Origin: Gekko japonicus
Lineage: Eukaryota
Direction: 5' to 3'
NCBI RefSeq assembly: GCF_001447785.1
Contig: NW_015169792.1
Span: 529,564-593,563, forward strand
Length of the DNA: 64,000 nt
Shown here: piece after piece, positions 37,292 to 47,383 of the stretch
Position numbering within the stretch: the first letter of the stretch is position 1
Layout of the letters: the number at the start of each line of letters is the position of its first letter
The notes under the pieces: model-generated
What the model was told of the DNA's origin: nothing
The model's input: only the letters and a program-made list of their open reading frames with translations
Database searches by the model: none
Made by a program: the position numbers and the translations under genes

Positions 37292-37465
37292 TTAGGGTTG
37301 CCAACCTCCTTGTGGCACCTGGAGATCTCCCATGATTACAATTGATCTCCAGGCAACCAAGATTAGTTCTCCTGGAGAAAATGGTTGCTTTGGAGGGTAG
37401 ACTCTAGGTGTACCCTGCTGAGGTCCCTCCCCTACCCAATCCCTGTCCTCCTCAGATTCTGCCCT
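37292..37465. mobile_element. Partial hAT MITE (TAGGGTTGCCA family)
   Basis: TAGGGTTGCCAACCTCC terminus with the shared body. Confidence 0.7.
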
Positions 37466-38179
37466 CCTTTGAGGAAAGGTTCTTGATTATGAGACATTGG
37501 TCTCCCCTCACCCCCCGCTCCTGAAAATGGGAGCTGATTGTCCCCAAGCTTGTGACAAGTAATGGGTAGAACTGGTGAGTGACCATGAGATGCATCATGG
37601 GAGGGGGTGTTAAATTATTTGTGCATGAGCACTGAAAGCTATATCTGTGATTACTGGCTCACAGTAAACTCAGTGAAAACCAGTTTATCCATGGACTTGG
37701 GGTTATGGAGCCTGATTTCTGAGAAAGGAGGGAGAATCAAGACCCTCCAGACTTTCTGGAAATCTGTGTGATACTAAAATTGATTGCTAATTACTGTGTT
37801 TGCTTGTCTTGTATTGCTGTGTCAATACCAAAGGCAGTGTTTGCAGTTGTAAGACTTCAATATCATTGATATCTGTATTAAACACTGGCCATTGCAATAT
37901 CCTCTTTTCAAACTACTCCATGTTTATGGCACAAGCAAAGAAAAAGGCTTCAGAAATGGAAAGTGATATTCAATGGCAATGAGCACTTCAAAAGGCATGA
38001 TATAGATCTGTCAGAGTGTACAAAAATCATCAGCGTGAATAGCATAGAATTGCAGTACTATTCAGTAAAATGCTCACAATATTTTCCTTTAAAATAGCAT
38101 TTATTTATATTTCCCCTATTCTCTAAAAAGCCGACTCTCTTAATACATGGCGGCCCTAGCTACAGATTCATTTGTAGTA

Positions 38180-38990
38180 CAAATGCGATTTTGGGCTGTA
38201 TTAACAGAAGTATAGTGTCCAAATCACGTGAAGTGATGGTATCACTTTCCTCTGCTCTGGTTAGACCTCACCTAGAGTATTGTGTTCAGTTTTGGGCACC
38301 ACAATTTAAGGAGGATATAGACAAGCTGGAACATGTTCAAAGGAGGGCGACAAAGATGGTGAGGGATCTGGAGACCAAGTCCTATGAGGAAAGGTTGAAG
38401 GAGCTGGGTATGTTTAGTCTGGAGAGGAAACGAATGAGCGGTGATATGATAACCATCTTCAATTACTTGAAGGGCTGTCATATAGAGGATGTTGCAGAGT
38501 TCTTTTCTGCTGCCCCAGAAGGTCAGACCAGAACCAATCGGTTGAAATTAAATCAAAAGAATTTTCAGCTAAACATTAGGAAGAATTTCCTGACAGATAG
38601 AGCAGTTCCTCAGTGGAACAGGCTTCCTTGGGAGGTGGCGGGCTCTCCTTCTTTGGAGGTTTTCAAAGAGGTGCTAGATGGCCATCTGACAGCAATGCTG
38701 ATTCTGTGAACTTATGCAGATCATGATAGCAGGAAGGGTTGCCTCTGTGCTTACTTCTTGTGGCCCTTTCTTACATTCCCAGAGAAATGCTGATCACCAC
38801 TTTGGGTTCAGGAAGCACTTGTTCTCCAGGCCAGTTTGGCCAGGGATCCTTGATGTTTTCTGTCATCTTCTGGCCATGGAAAAGGGGTCACTGGGGGTGT
38901 GGGGGAGAGGTATTTGTGAATTTCCTGCACTGTCCAGGAGGTTGAACCAGATGACCCTGGAGTTTCCTTCTAGCTCTATGATTCTATGAT
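38180..38990 (+). mobile_element. CR1 3' ~800 bp
   Basis: ORF 38191-38709 ([32 protein letters not shown]), 3'UTR and CTATGATTCTATGATT tail. Confidence 0.95.
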
Positions 38991-39231
38991 TTGCCCTGAA
39001 GGTTGTTCAATCCAGCCATATGTAGGGTTGGATCCACCCGTTTTTCTGCTAGTGAAAAAGATTAGTCCCTTTTTACCATCTCAAAAGGGGCAGTCTAAGC
39101 CAATTGGGAGTTAATCTGAACCCCATGGGACAATTAATCTGAACCCCATGTTTGGGGGATCCCAGCTGCCCATGGCTCTGCCCCCTGATGGAAGGGGAAA
39201 AAGAAGAAAGAGCACCACTATTTGGTTATAT

Positions 39232-39428
39232 ACTTCATTTACGCCCCACGTTTCTCTCTACTGGGGACCCAAAGAGGCTCACAACATTCTCCCCTCCTCC
39301 ATTTTGTCCTCACAACAGCCCTATGAAGTAAATTAGGCTGAGAATGTGTGACTGGCCCTGGGTCACCTGGCAAATGTCCATGGCAAAGTGGGTCTCCCAG
39401 ATTATAAACTCTGACCACAACACCACAT
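39232..39428 (-). mobile_element. Older Squam3-like/CORE SINE
   Basis: GGGGACCCAAAGAGGCTCACAAC..AGGCTGAGAATGTGTGACTGGCCC..GGTCAC; similar copy at 62720-62945. Confidence 0.7.
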
Positions 39429-39849
39429 AAAGCCACCACAAACCATGTTAACATCATGCAACACTGTATTATTGTCGATAATATTTAATCTTTGCATTTG
39501 GAGAAAAGGGATCTATGCTCATTAAAGTTATCCTTGGCTCTGTCACTAAGAAGTAAACACAATAACAGAACTAAAAACCTGGGGCTGTATACTAACTACA
39601 TTTTGTAGGAGGCACATCCACCAGTGGAAGAGAGGGAATGATTTTTGCCAATTGCCCTCTTCCACTAAAGACTGCCCCTTAATCCCCATGGTGTTTCCAA
39701 TGGTTCACTGACACTCAGGGGGCAGGATTTCAGAAGTAATGGCAGACTACGACAGACAGAAGGAAGTTGGGAAGTTTCATGAGATCTGCTTTTTATATTA
39801 ATTTTATCAGTGGCTTTGGTTCTCTTCTTTTCTGTTCATGTTTTGCAAA

Positions 39850-41300
39850 TATTTATTTCTTTTATCAAATTTATGACCCACCTTTCTGCCCTAATAAAAG
39901 CCACTAAAGTAGCTAACAAGTTAAAGCACATATAATAAAATTGCATCTCAAAAACCAACAAAACCAACAAAAAACACATCATTAAAACAACTAAAACAAG
40001 ACCTAAAATGCATACAAAAACATTAAAACAACAACTAAAGCATTGGGCAGGAAGGGGGGATCACTGAGGTGATGCCAAATGAAACAAAGAAGTCTCTTCA
40101 GGGTGAGAATTCCAGAGTTTTGGTGCCACGACTGAAAAGGCCATCTTAGAAGGCCTGATCTCAGAAGGCAGGGAAACTCAAAGTAAGGCCTCCAAAGAGG
40201 ACAATAGTGGTTGGGTACATTCATAAGGGAGTAGGCGATCCTTCAGGTATGTTGGTCATGAACCATATAAGGCTTTAAGGGTCAACATTAGCACCTGCAG
40301 GTCCAAGAGCACCTGCAGACTATGGATCTGTTCCTTCAAGGGAAGTGCAACCCATCTAGAATGGGCAACATCTTAAATTCCAGGTCAGACCTTCCACTAA
40401 CCAGTAGGACTTCTGTCTTGTCAGGATTTAATTTCATTTTATTAGCCCACATCCTCTCAAAAACTGCATCCAGGAATCAGTACAGTGCTTCTATAGCTTC
40501 CCTGGGATCAGCCAGAAGTTTGATATAGAGCTGAGTGTCATTTGCATGTTGGTGACAACACATCCCAAATCTCTGGATGACCTCACCCAGCAGTTTCATG
40601 TAAATATTAAAGAGCATATAAGACAAGGACCCTGCTCATATCCTCTGACTGAATAAACTGAGAGGTATCAGAAACAGCTGAACAAATTGGCACCCTGACA
40701 TGATCACAAGCTAATGTAGAGTCTAGGGTTGCCAGGTCCCTAGGACCTGCCAGTGGGTGATGGGGGGTAAACTTACCGGGAGCAGGAGGAATGCTGAAAA
40801 GAAACACGACATGCCTATGTGACTCAGAAATGATGTTGGCATGTCAGGGATGTCGGGGGAGGGTGACACTCTAGTTTTGGGGCAAAACTCTATGGCAGAA
40901 TCTATCAGAGTTTTGTTTAAAAACCAGAGTGTCACACACACGCATACACCCCAATGTCACTGACATGCCTACGTCACTTCCCGGTCATGTAGGCACGTCA
41001 TGTTTATTTCCGGCTTCTTGCCTGTTTGGGGGTGGGTGTAATGGGGGGGGCAGATAGGAGCACCCAAAACTAGAGGAACCCCACCCGCACCGGGGGATCT
41101 GGCATCCCTAGCAGAGTCCAAGTTGAAATGTATGTGAGAGGTTTTATCTGCAAAGTGCTGAGCAAAACAGTCACAGCAGGCCACCAAGCAGGCCACTTTC
41201 TCCTGCAGACCAAATCCCAACAGGCAGGATAGATTACATCCAGCAGGTGGAGGGCAGAGTTAAGCAAGTGTACTGCAAGGGCCAGTAGGAAAATGACCTT
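39850..41300 (-). mobile_element. Fragmented L2 LINE (3' tail, RT fragment, tether region), interrupted by a hAT MITE
   Basis: Minus strand encodes LFNIYMKLLGEVIQRFG..HANDTQLY (YADD region) and CDCFAQHFADK. Confidence 0.8.
40724..41110. mobile_element. hAT MITE
   Basis: TAGGGTTGCCAG / CTGGCATCCCTA; TSD GTAGAGTC / GCAGAGTC. Confidence 0.85.
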
Positions 41301-42140
41301 GTCAGGACAGCTCTGGTACCTATTGGCTTTTGGGATCCCAGAACTGGCTACTGGCTGTAACACAGTTTTTACCAGTGGAATCATGTCTGGATGGTTGGTA
41401 ACTCTAGAGGAGGAGGAGGAGATTGGATTTATACCCCACCCTTCACTACCTGAAGGAGAGCTGTTTACAATCCCTTTTCCTTCCTCTCCCCTAACAGACA
41501 TCCTGTGAGGTAGGTTGGGCTGAGAGAACTCTCTCAAGAACTGCCCTTGAGAGAACAGCTCTGAAAGAACTGACCCAAGTTCTTTACAACTGACCCAAGG
41601 TCACACCAGCAGCCGCACCGGGGGATCTGGCATCCCTAGCAGAGTCCAAGTTGAAATGTATGTGAGAGGTTTTATCTGCAAAGTGCTGAGCAAAACAGTC
41701 ACAGCAGGCCACCAAGCAGGCCACTTTCTCCTGCAGACCAAATCCCAACAGGCAGGATAGATTACATCCAGCAGGTGGAGGGCAGAGTTAAGCAAGTGTA
41801 CTGCAAGGGCCAGTAGGAAAATGACCTTGTCAGGACAGCTCTGGTACCTATTGGCTTTTGGGATCCCAGAACTGGCTACTGGCTGGAACACAGTTTTTAC
41901 CAGTGGAATCATGTCTGGATGGTTGGTAACTCTAGAGGAGGAGGAGGAGATTGGATTTATACCCCACCCTTCACTACCTGAAGGAGAGCTGTTTACAATC
42001 CCTTTTCCTTCCTCTCCCCTAACAGACATCCTGTGAGGTAGGTTGGGCTGAGAGAACTCTCTCAAGAACTGCCCTTGAGAGAACAGCTCTGAAAGAACTG
42101 ACCCAAGTTCTTTACAACTGACCCAAGGTCACACCAGCAG
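41085..42140. repeat. 528-bp near-perfect tandem duplication
   Basis: 41085-41612 repeated at 41613-42140; one difference seen (T41358 / G41886). Confidence 0.95.
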
Positions 42141-42219
42141 CTGCATGTGGAGGAGTAGGGAATCAAACCCGGTTCTCCCAGATTAGATTCTGTGCTCTTA
42201 ACCACTACACCAAACTGGC
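41935..42219 (-). mobile_element. Squam3-like SINE (its 3' part is duplicated at 41407-41612)
   Basis: A/B boxes at 42160-42219; (GAG)n tail on the + strand. Confidence 0.85.
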
Positions 42220-43139
42220 AGGACTAGAATGACTGTTTCTTACTGGGTAATTTCCTGCTGGGCCCTGGCCCTGGAAAGAAACTGATAGTCATGAGGAAGC
42301 TGAGCCAATGGCTGCACAGGGTCCTCTTAGTTTGCACAGATTGCAGCAACTATAACAGTAGTAGGAAGCCAGTACTTCTTGACTCAGCTAATGTCTCTGT
42401 CTGCCCCTGGTAGGAGAAATGTACAGCTTGTTTAATAAGTCTGTAAATTTTCTAGTGGTTCTGTCTGGGCAGAGGATGACGAATATTCTCAGCGAGCCCC
42501 ATAAATAAAGATACAAAATACGCAGAAATTGTGTATTTATTCTTCATCAATAGATCCACAGCTGTTTTCCTGGTTCTATGTTCACTAGTTGGTTATATTT
42601 CCTATATTTTCAGTCCCATTGCTCTTCAAACTTAAGGGTATTTGCTGCAGATTCACGATCCTGCATTTCCACTGCACTTCCCAAGTGAGTACTAGTAAAG
42701 TACAAAGATAGTTTCTTTCCCAGACAATCTTATTGTAAATACAGTGTTTATGCCTCTGAACAATAGGAAGTTAATATAGTGAGTTTGACAGGAAATATCT
42801 TTTTTATGAAGAAAGTTTCAGCTTCCCCAGTTACTGCACTTCCTATAATTCTCCAGAAGATATAAATAAAGAGGATAGAGGTGTTTATTGAAAATATACA
42901 GCCTCTTACAAAGCATGTTCTCTCATACCATCTGATCTAATAGTCTAAGATCAAATGGGTTGTTTCTAATTAAGATTTATGATGTGGATTTTGTTTGTTT
43001 CAGAATAAAACTTTAAAAACCATACAAATAAAGGGATTTTCAGCATATTGCTGTTCTGGTCATAGTTAATGTAACTGTGCTTGTGGATCACAATACTATA
43101 CTTCTGCTGCCTGTATTAGCTTGACTAAGATTAACAAGC

Positions 43140-43247
43140 CCTCAGTTTGCAAGACCTGAGCAAGGCTGTTAACGATATGGCATTTTGGAGGTCATTAATT
43201 CATATGGTAGCCGTAAATTGGAACAATTTGACAACACACACACACAC
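43140..43247 (+). mobile_element. RTE LINE 3' end
   Basis: LQDLSKAVNDMAFWRSLIHMVA C-terminal motif followed by (CA)n. Confidence 0.7.
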
Positions 43248-43320
43248 GATTATACCATCATGCAACACATGGGAACAGACATGTCAGGTGAGGAATTGTC
43301 TATGCGAACAGGCAAATCTC

Positions 43321-43842
43321 GGTCCCGGTCACATGGGCAGGAAAATGCGGGGGGGGGAACGTGGCTGTTAGCCCCGGGGCTAACAACCGCATGGTTGCTC
43401 GAGCAGACCTACCGATGGCGGTCCCGTGGAGGTCCCGTGGTAGGGGGAAGGTGCTGATCACTCCACAGTCCTGCGGCGCAGCAAAGAAGCAAGGCGCGGG
43501 GCAAACGGGGTTGGTTTTTTTAAAAAAAACTCAAATGTGCACATGCTCCCTTGGGTGCTTGTGCGCATCTGTGGAGACTTTGAGGGGGGGAACTTTTTCC
43601 GAGGGGACATGGGCGGGCGCTGGAACTACCACTGGAAATGCAATCAGACGCCCGCCCTTGCCCCGCAGTTTCAGGAAACTAGTACATCCGAGGTACTAGT
43701 TTTTTACCGCGCATCTTCTGGGTTCGCTTGGGTTCGCCACGGGAGCTCGACGCTTTCCAGATGTGCCGGTGAGATCGCACCTGGAAAATCCGCCTATCTT
43801 CCGTCCCTCTAGCGTGCCTAATGCTCCGTGTGACCGCAGCCC
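43321..43842. mobile_element. CpG-rich Harbinger-like MITE
   Basis: TIRs GGTCCCGGTCACATGG / CCGTGTGACCGCAGCCC. Confidence 0.6.
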
Positions 43843-43982
43843 TCATTAAGTTAATACCACTTCCTTGTACTAGGGAGGATTAGCCTGTGGAACATCCAGC
43901 CACAGGTTAAAGAAATGGCCAATAATTTAGATGGATTTAGAAGGGGATGTGACATGCTCATGAAAAATAGGTCCGTTAGTGG

Positions 43983-45066
43983 CAGGATTGCCAACTTCTG
44001 GGTGGTGGAAAAGGAAGCAAACAACCGTGATATAGTATGCCACAAAAGTCTCCAAAGACTAGAAATGTCTTTTTCCAGTATTCAGTGTTCTGGATGCAAT
44101 TCAAACGCCATCAACGTGTACAACTTTGTCAAAGTGAATAGTGTCGAAATACCTACATTTAATTACAAAAATATATAATTCTATTATTAGTATTAATGTT
44201 AGCAAGAAAATAGCACAAGGCTGTACAAACAACTGACTGTTATATAACATACAAGATTAATCTATTTAACAAACTCACTGGTAGTATTTCATAGTGACAT
44301 TCTTCAAAATCCATCAGTGTAATGTCAATTCATTCTTCCTATTTACTTATACATATCTAAATTCCATAATTGCTGCCAGCCGGCTATTTGTCAGACCTGC
44401 ATATTTTTGTAATTAAATGTAGGTATTTCGACGCTATTCGCTTTGACAAAGTTGTACACGAAACGAGATGATATGCATGATCCGCTGGTGTTGATGGCGT
44501 TTGGATTGCATCCAGTAAACTGAATATTGGAAAAAGAAATGTCTAGTCTTTGGAGACTTTTGTGGAATAATATATCACAGTTCTTTGTTTCCTTTTCCAC
44601 TTCCTTCCCGTGATCTCTCTCCCTGGTTTGCAACTTCTGGGTGGTGGCTGGAGATCTCTTGGGACTACAACAGATCACCAGGTGGAAGAGATCACATCAC
44701 CTGGAGAAAATGGAGGCTTTGGAAGGTGGGCACTAGGGCATTATGCCCCCTTGAAGTCCCTTCCACTCCCCAAACCATGCCCTCCTCAGTAGGTTTGCCA
44801 GCTCCGTGCTGGGAAATTCCTGGAGATTTTGGGAGTGAGGTCTGGGGAGGGTGGGGTTTGGAGAGGGGGGGGACTTCAGTCGGATATAATGCCATAGAGT
44901 CCACCTTCCAGAGCAGCCATTTTCTCCCGGTGATCTCTACTGCCTGGAGACCAGTCAGAATCCCAGGAGATCTCCAGCCACCACCTTGAGGTTGGCAGCC
45001 GTATATCAGGCTACACACAGAGACACTGATATCTGGGAATTTCCCAGCCTGGAGCTGACAACCCTA
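43983..45066. mobile_element. hAT MITE containing a 622-bp insert and a second MITE (44790-45003)
   Basis: CAGGATTGCCAAC..CTGACAACCCTA; flanks GTTAGTGG / ATCAGTGG. Confidence 0.7.
44009..44630. mobile_element. Insertion with a 17-bp TSD and a ~170-bp inverted repeat (Penelope-like)
   Basis: CAACTTCTGGGTGGTGG at 43992-44008 and 44631-44647; arms at about 44005-44175 and 44401-44600. Confidence 0.65.
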
Positions 45067-45465
45067 ATCAGTGGCTAGTAGCCATGATGGTTAAATGGAA
45101 CATCCATGTTCAGAAGTAGCGTGCTTCTGAATAACAAGTGCTGAGAGCTGCAATGGGGTGTTTGTCCTCCATGTTCTTGCTTGGGCTTTCTGGAGCATCT
45201 GATTGGCCAGCATGGGAAACAGAAAGCAGGACAAGATGGAACTGCCACATCTGCTCTGGAATGGGAATTATGGGTGCTGTCCCAATCAAGAAGGTTGGTG
45301 GTGCCACTTCTAACAGTTCCAGTCACTAATGCACAGGGAAGAGAATGCAATCCCTTTCCCTTCTCCCCAAAGGTAACGAGTAAAATGAAAGCTCACAATA
45401 GCAGCACAACTGCCCTACCATGGAAAGAGACACAGCATAGATTCATCCTGTGTAACCTTGAGCGC

Positions 45466-45645
45466 AGGGGCTGTGGCTCAGTGGCAGAGCATCTGCTTGG
45501 CATGTAGAAGGTCCCAAGTTCAATCCCCAGCATCTCCGATTATCTAGCAGTAGGTGATGGGACAGTCCTCAGCCTGAGACCTTGGAAGCTGCTGACAGTC
45601 TGAGTAGACAATACTGATCTTGATGGACTGAACTTCATGTGTTCA
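45466..45645 (+). mobile_element. Squam2-like tRNA-derived SINE
   Basis: GGGGCTGTGGCTCAGTGGCAGAGCATCTGCTTGGCATG..GTTCAATCCCC head. Confidence 0.85.
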
Positions 45646-45646
45646 T

Positions 45647-45835
45647 GAGAGCCAGCGTGGTGTAGTGGTTAGAAAGTCAGACTGTGATCTGGGAGACCCA
45701 GGTTCAAATCCCCGCTCTGGCATGGAAACATGCTTGGTGACCTTAGTCCCTCACTCTCGCCATCTAACCTTCTTCAGAGGTGATTGTTGTGAAGATAAGA
45801 GGGAAGAGGGGGGAATTATGCTGTAAACTGCTCAT
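45647..45835 (+). mobile_element. Squam3-like SINE
   Basis: GAGAGCCAGCGTGGTGTAGTGGTTAG..GGTTCAAATCCC..GGTGACCTT. Confidence 0.8.
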
Positions 45836-46112
45836 AGGTTTGCAGCATTGGAAGGTGTCACACTGCAGACAATAACATTGGAAGGAACCTTTAAGTCAGG
45901 TTAAGACCCAGGTTCAAATCCCCACTCTGGCATGGAAACATGCTTGGTGACCTTAGTCCCTCACTCTCGCCATCTAACCTTCTTCAGAGGTGATTGTTGT
46001 GAAGATAAGAGGGAAGAGGGGGGAATTATGCTGTAAACTGCTCATAGGTTTTGCAGCATTGGAAGGTGTCACACTGCAAACAACAACATTGGAAGGAACC
46101 TTTAAGTCAGGT
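45694..46112. repeat. 210-bp tandem duplication
   Basis: 45694-45901 and 45904-46112, about four differences. Confidence 0.92.
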
Positions 46113-46544
46113 GCAGTTTTTCATGTGTGCAGCTGGGTTGTGGCCAATACATTTTAAAAGTCCTGTTTCAGCAAAAAAACCAAAATGCTTTCAAATCTAT
46201 TTTGTCTTCATACAATCTCTAAACCTTAACTGGAAATTAGTCTTTTTTCCTTTGAAATATTGGCAGATATATCGTTGTTGATTGCCTGGTTTAAGGAAAA
46301 CGGCTCAAATGATATATTCTAACTGCACCATTTGTTTTCAAGGTCCCTGCAGCATTATCAATATTTGGCACTCTTGTACATCCCTTGACTCTGCGAAGAA
46401 TGGAAGCACACTGTAAGACCAGCTGAGCTGTACCAAGAAGAGGATGATGCCCTGGTTGGTTCCCTCCTGTTAGAACTGTGTTCGCAAAGGCCAGCGTTCC
46501 TTTGCTGGTGTTGCCATTTTCTGTTCCTTTTGCAGTCTTGTGAG

Positions 46545-46750
46545 CAGTGTTCCCTCTAAGCTGAGTTAGTGTGAGCTAGCTCACAGTTTTTTAGCCTCCG
46601 GCCCACACATTTTTGGCTTAGCTCAGGAAGGATGGCTCCAGAGCAAACTAATTTATGCAGTAGCCAAATCGCTGACTCACAACTTTAATGCCAGTAGCTC
46701 ACAAAGTAGAATTTTTGCTCACAGGACTTCACAGCTTAGAAGGAACATTG
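46545..46750. mobile_element. 206-bp hAT MITE
   Basis: TIRs CAGTGTTCCCTCTAAG / CTTAGAAGGAACATTG; perfect TSD CTTGTGAG. Confidence 0.92.
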
Positions 46751-46946
46751 CTTGTGAGTAACATGTTCTGAAAATAAAAGAATGGGGGGTATTCTGTGCT
46801 AAGTCTCATGATAAAGAACCATGATAAGAGAACAGGGTTTATAATAAACTTACCCTGTCACAATAAACTATGGGCATGATTTTTCCCCATGTGCTAAACT
46901 CATCATTTCAGTCTCTGAGCAGGCAGGGGAAAGGAGATCAGGAGAA

Positions 46947-47383
46947 GGGCCATGGCTCAGTGGTAGAACATGTGCTTTGTAAGCAGAAGGTCTTGGGTTC
47001 AGTCCCCTGCATCTCCAGTTAAAAGATCAGGTAGGAGGTGACATGAAAGACCTCCACCTGAGACGCTGGAGAGCTTCTGCCAGTCAATCAGAGGTGACAG
47101 TACTGACTATGACAGATAGGGCTGCCAAGCCGCAGTGGGGGATCCGTGCGTCTTCACAGGATCCCTGCCACGGGGGACAGCGATACGCGTTGCACCGCCG
47201 TCGCCAGGGACTCCAAACAGCCCCGTTGCCAGAGCGACGTGTAGCGTCACATCCTGGCAATGGCGGTGCAACACGTGTCGCTGTCCCCCACAGCAGGGAT
47301 CCTGTGAAGACGCACAAATCCCCCGCCGCGGCTTGGCAGCCCTAATGACAGATCAATGGTCTGACTTGGTATAAGGCAGCTTC
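46947..47383 (+). mobile_element. Squam2-like SINE interrupted by a palindromic MITE
   Basis: tRNA-like head at 46947; body resumes at 47345 with ..CAATGGTCTGACTTGGTATAAGGCAGCTTC. Confidence 0.85.
47117..47344. mobile_element. 228-bp foldback hAT MITE
   Basis: ~90-bp TIRs starting TAGGGCTGCCAAGCCGC; perfect TSD ATGACAGA (47109-47116 and 47345-47352). Confidence 0.93.

Larger units (their letters stand above)
43855..45240 (+). mobile_element. Older CR1 3' end split by nested insertions
   Basis: 43855-43982 (LWN..MANNLDGFRRGCD..M) resumes at 45067 with ATCAGTGGCTAGTAGCCATGATGG. Confidence 0.6.

Noticed and set aside
45466-45540. tRNA-Ala-like genes (also 46947-47020 and 63830-63900)
   Set aside because: They continue into a shared SINE body and have broken stems, so they are SINE heads rather than tRNA genes.
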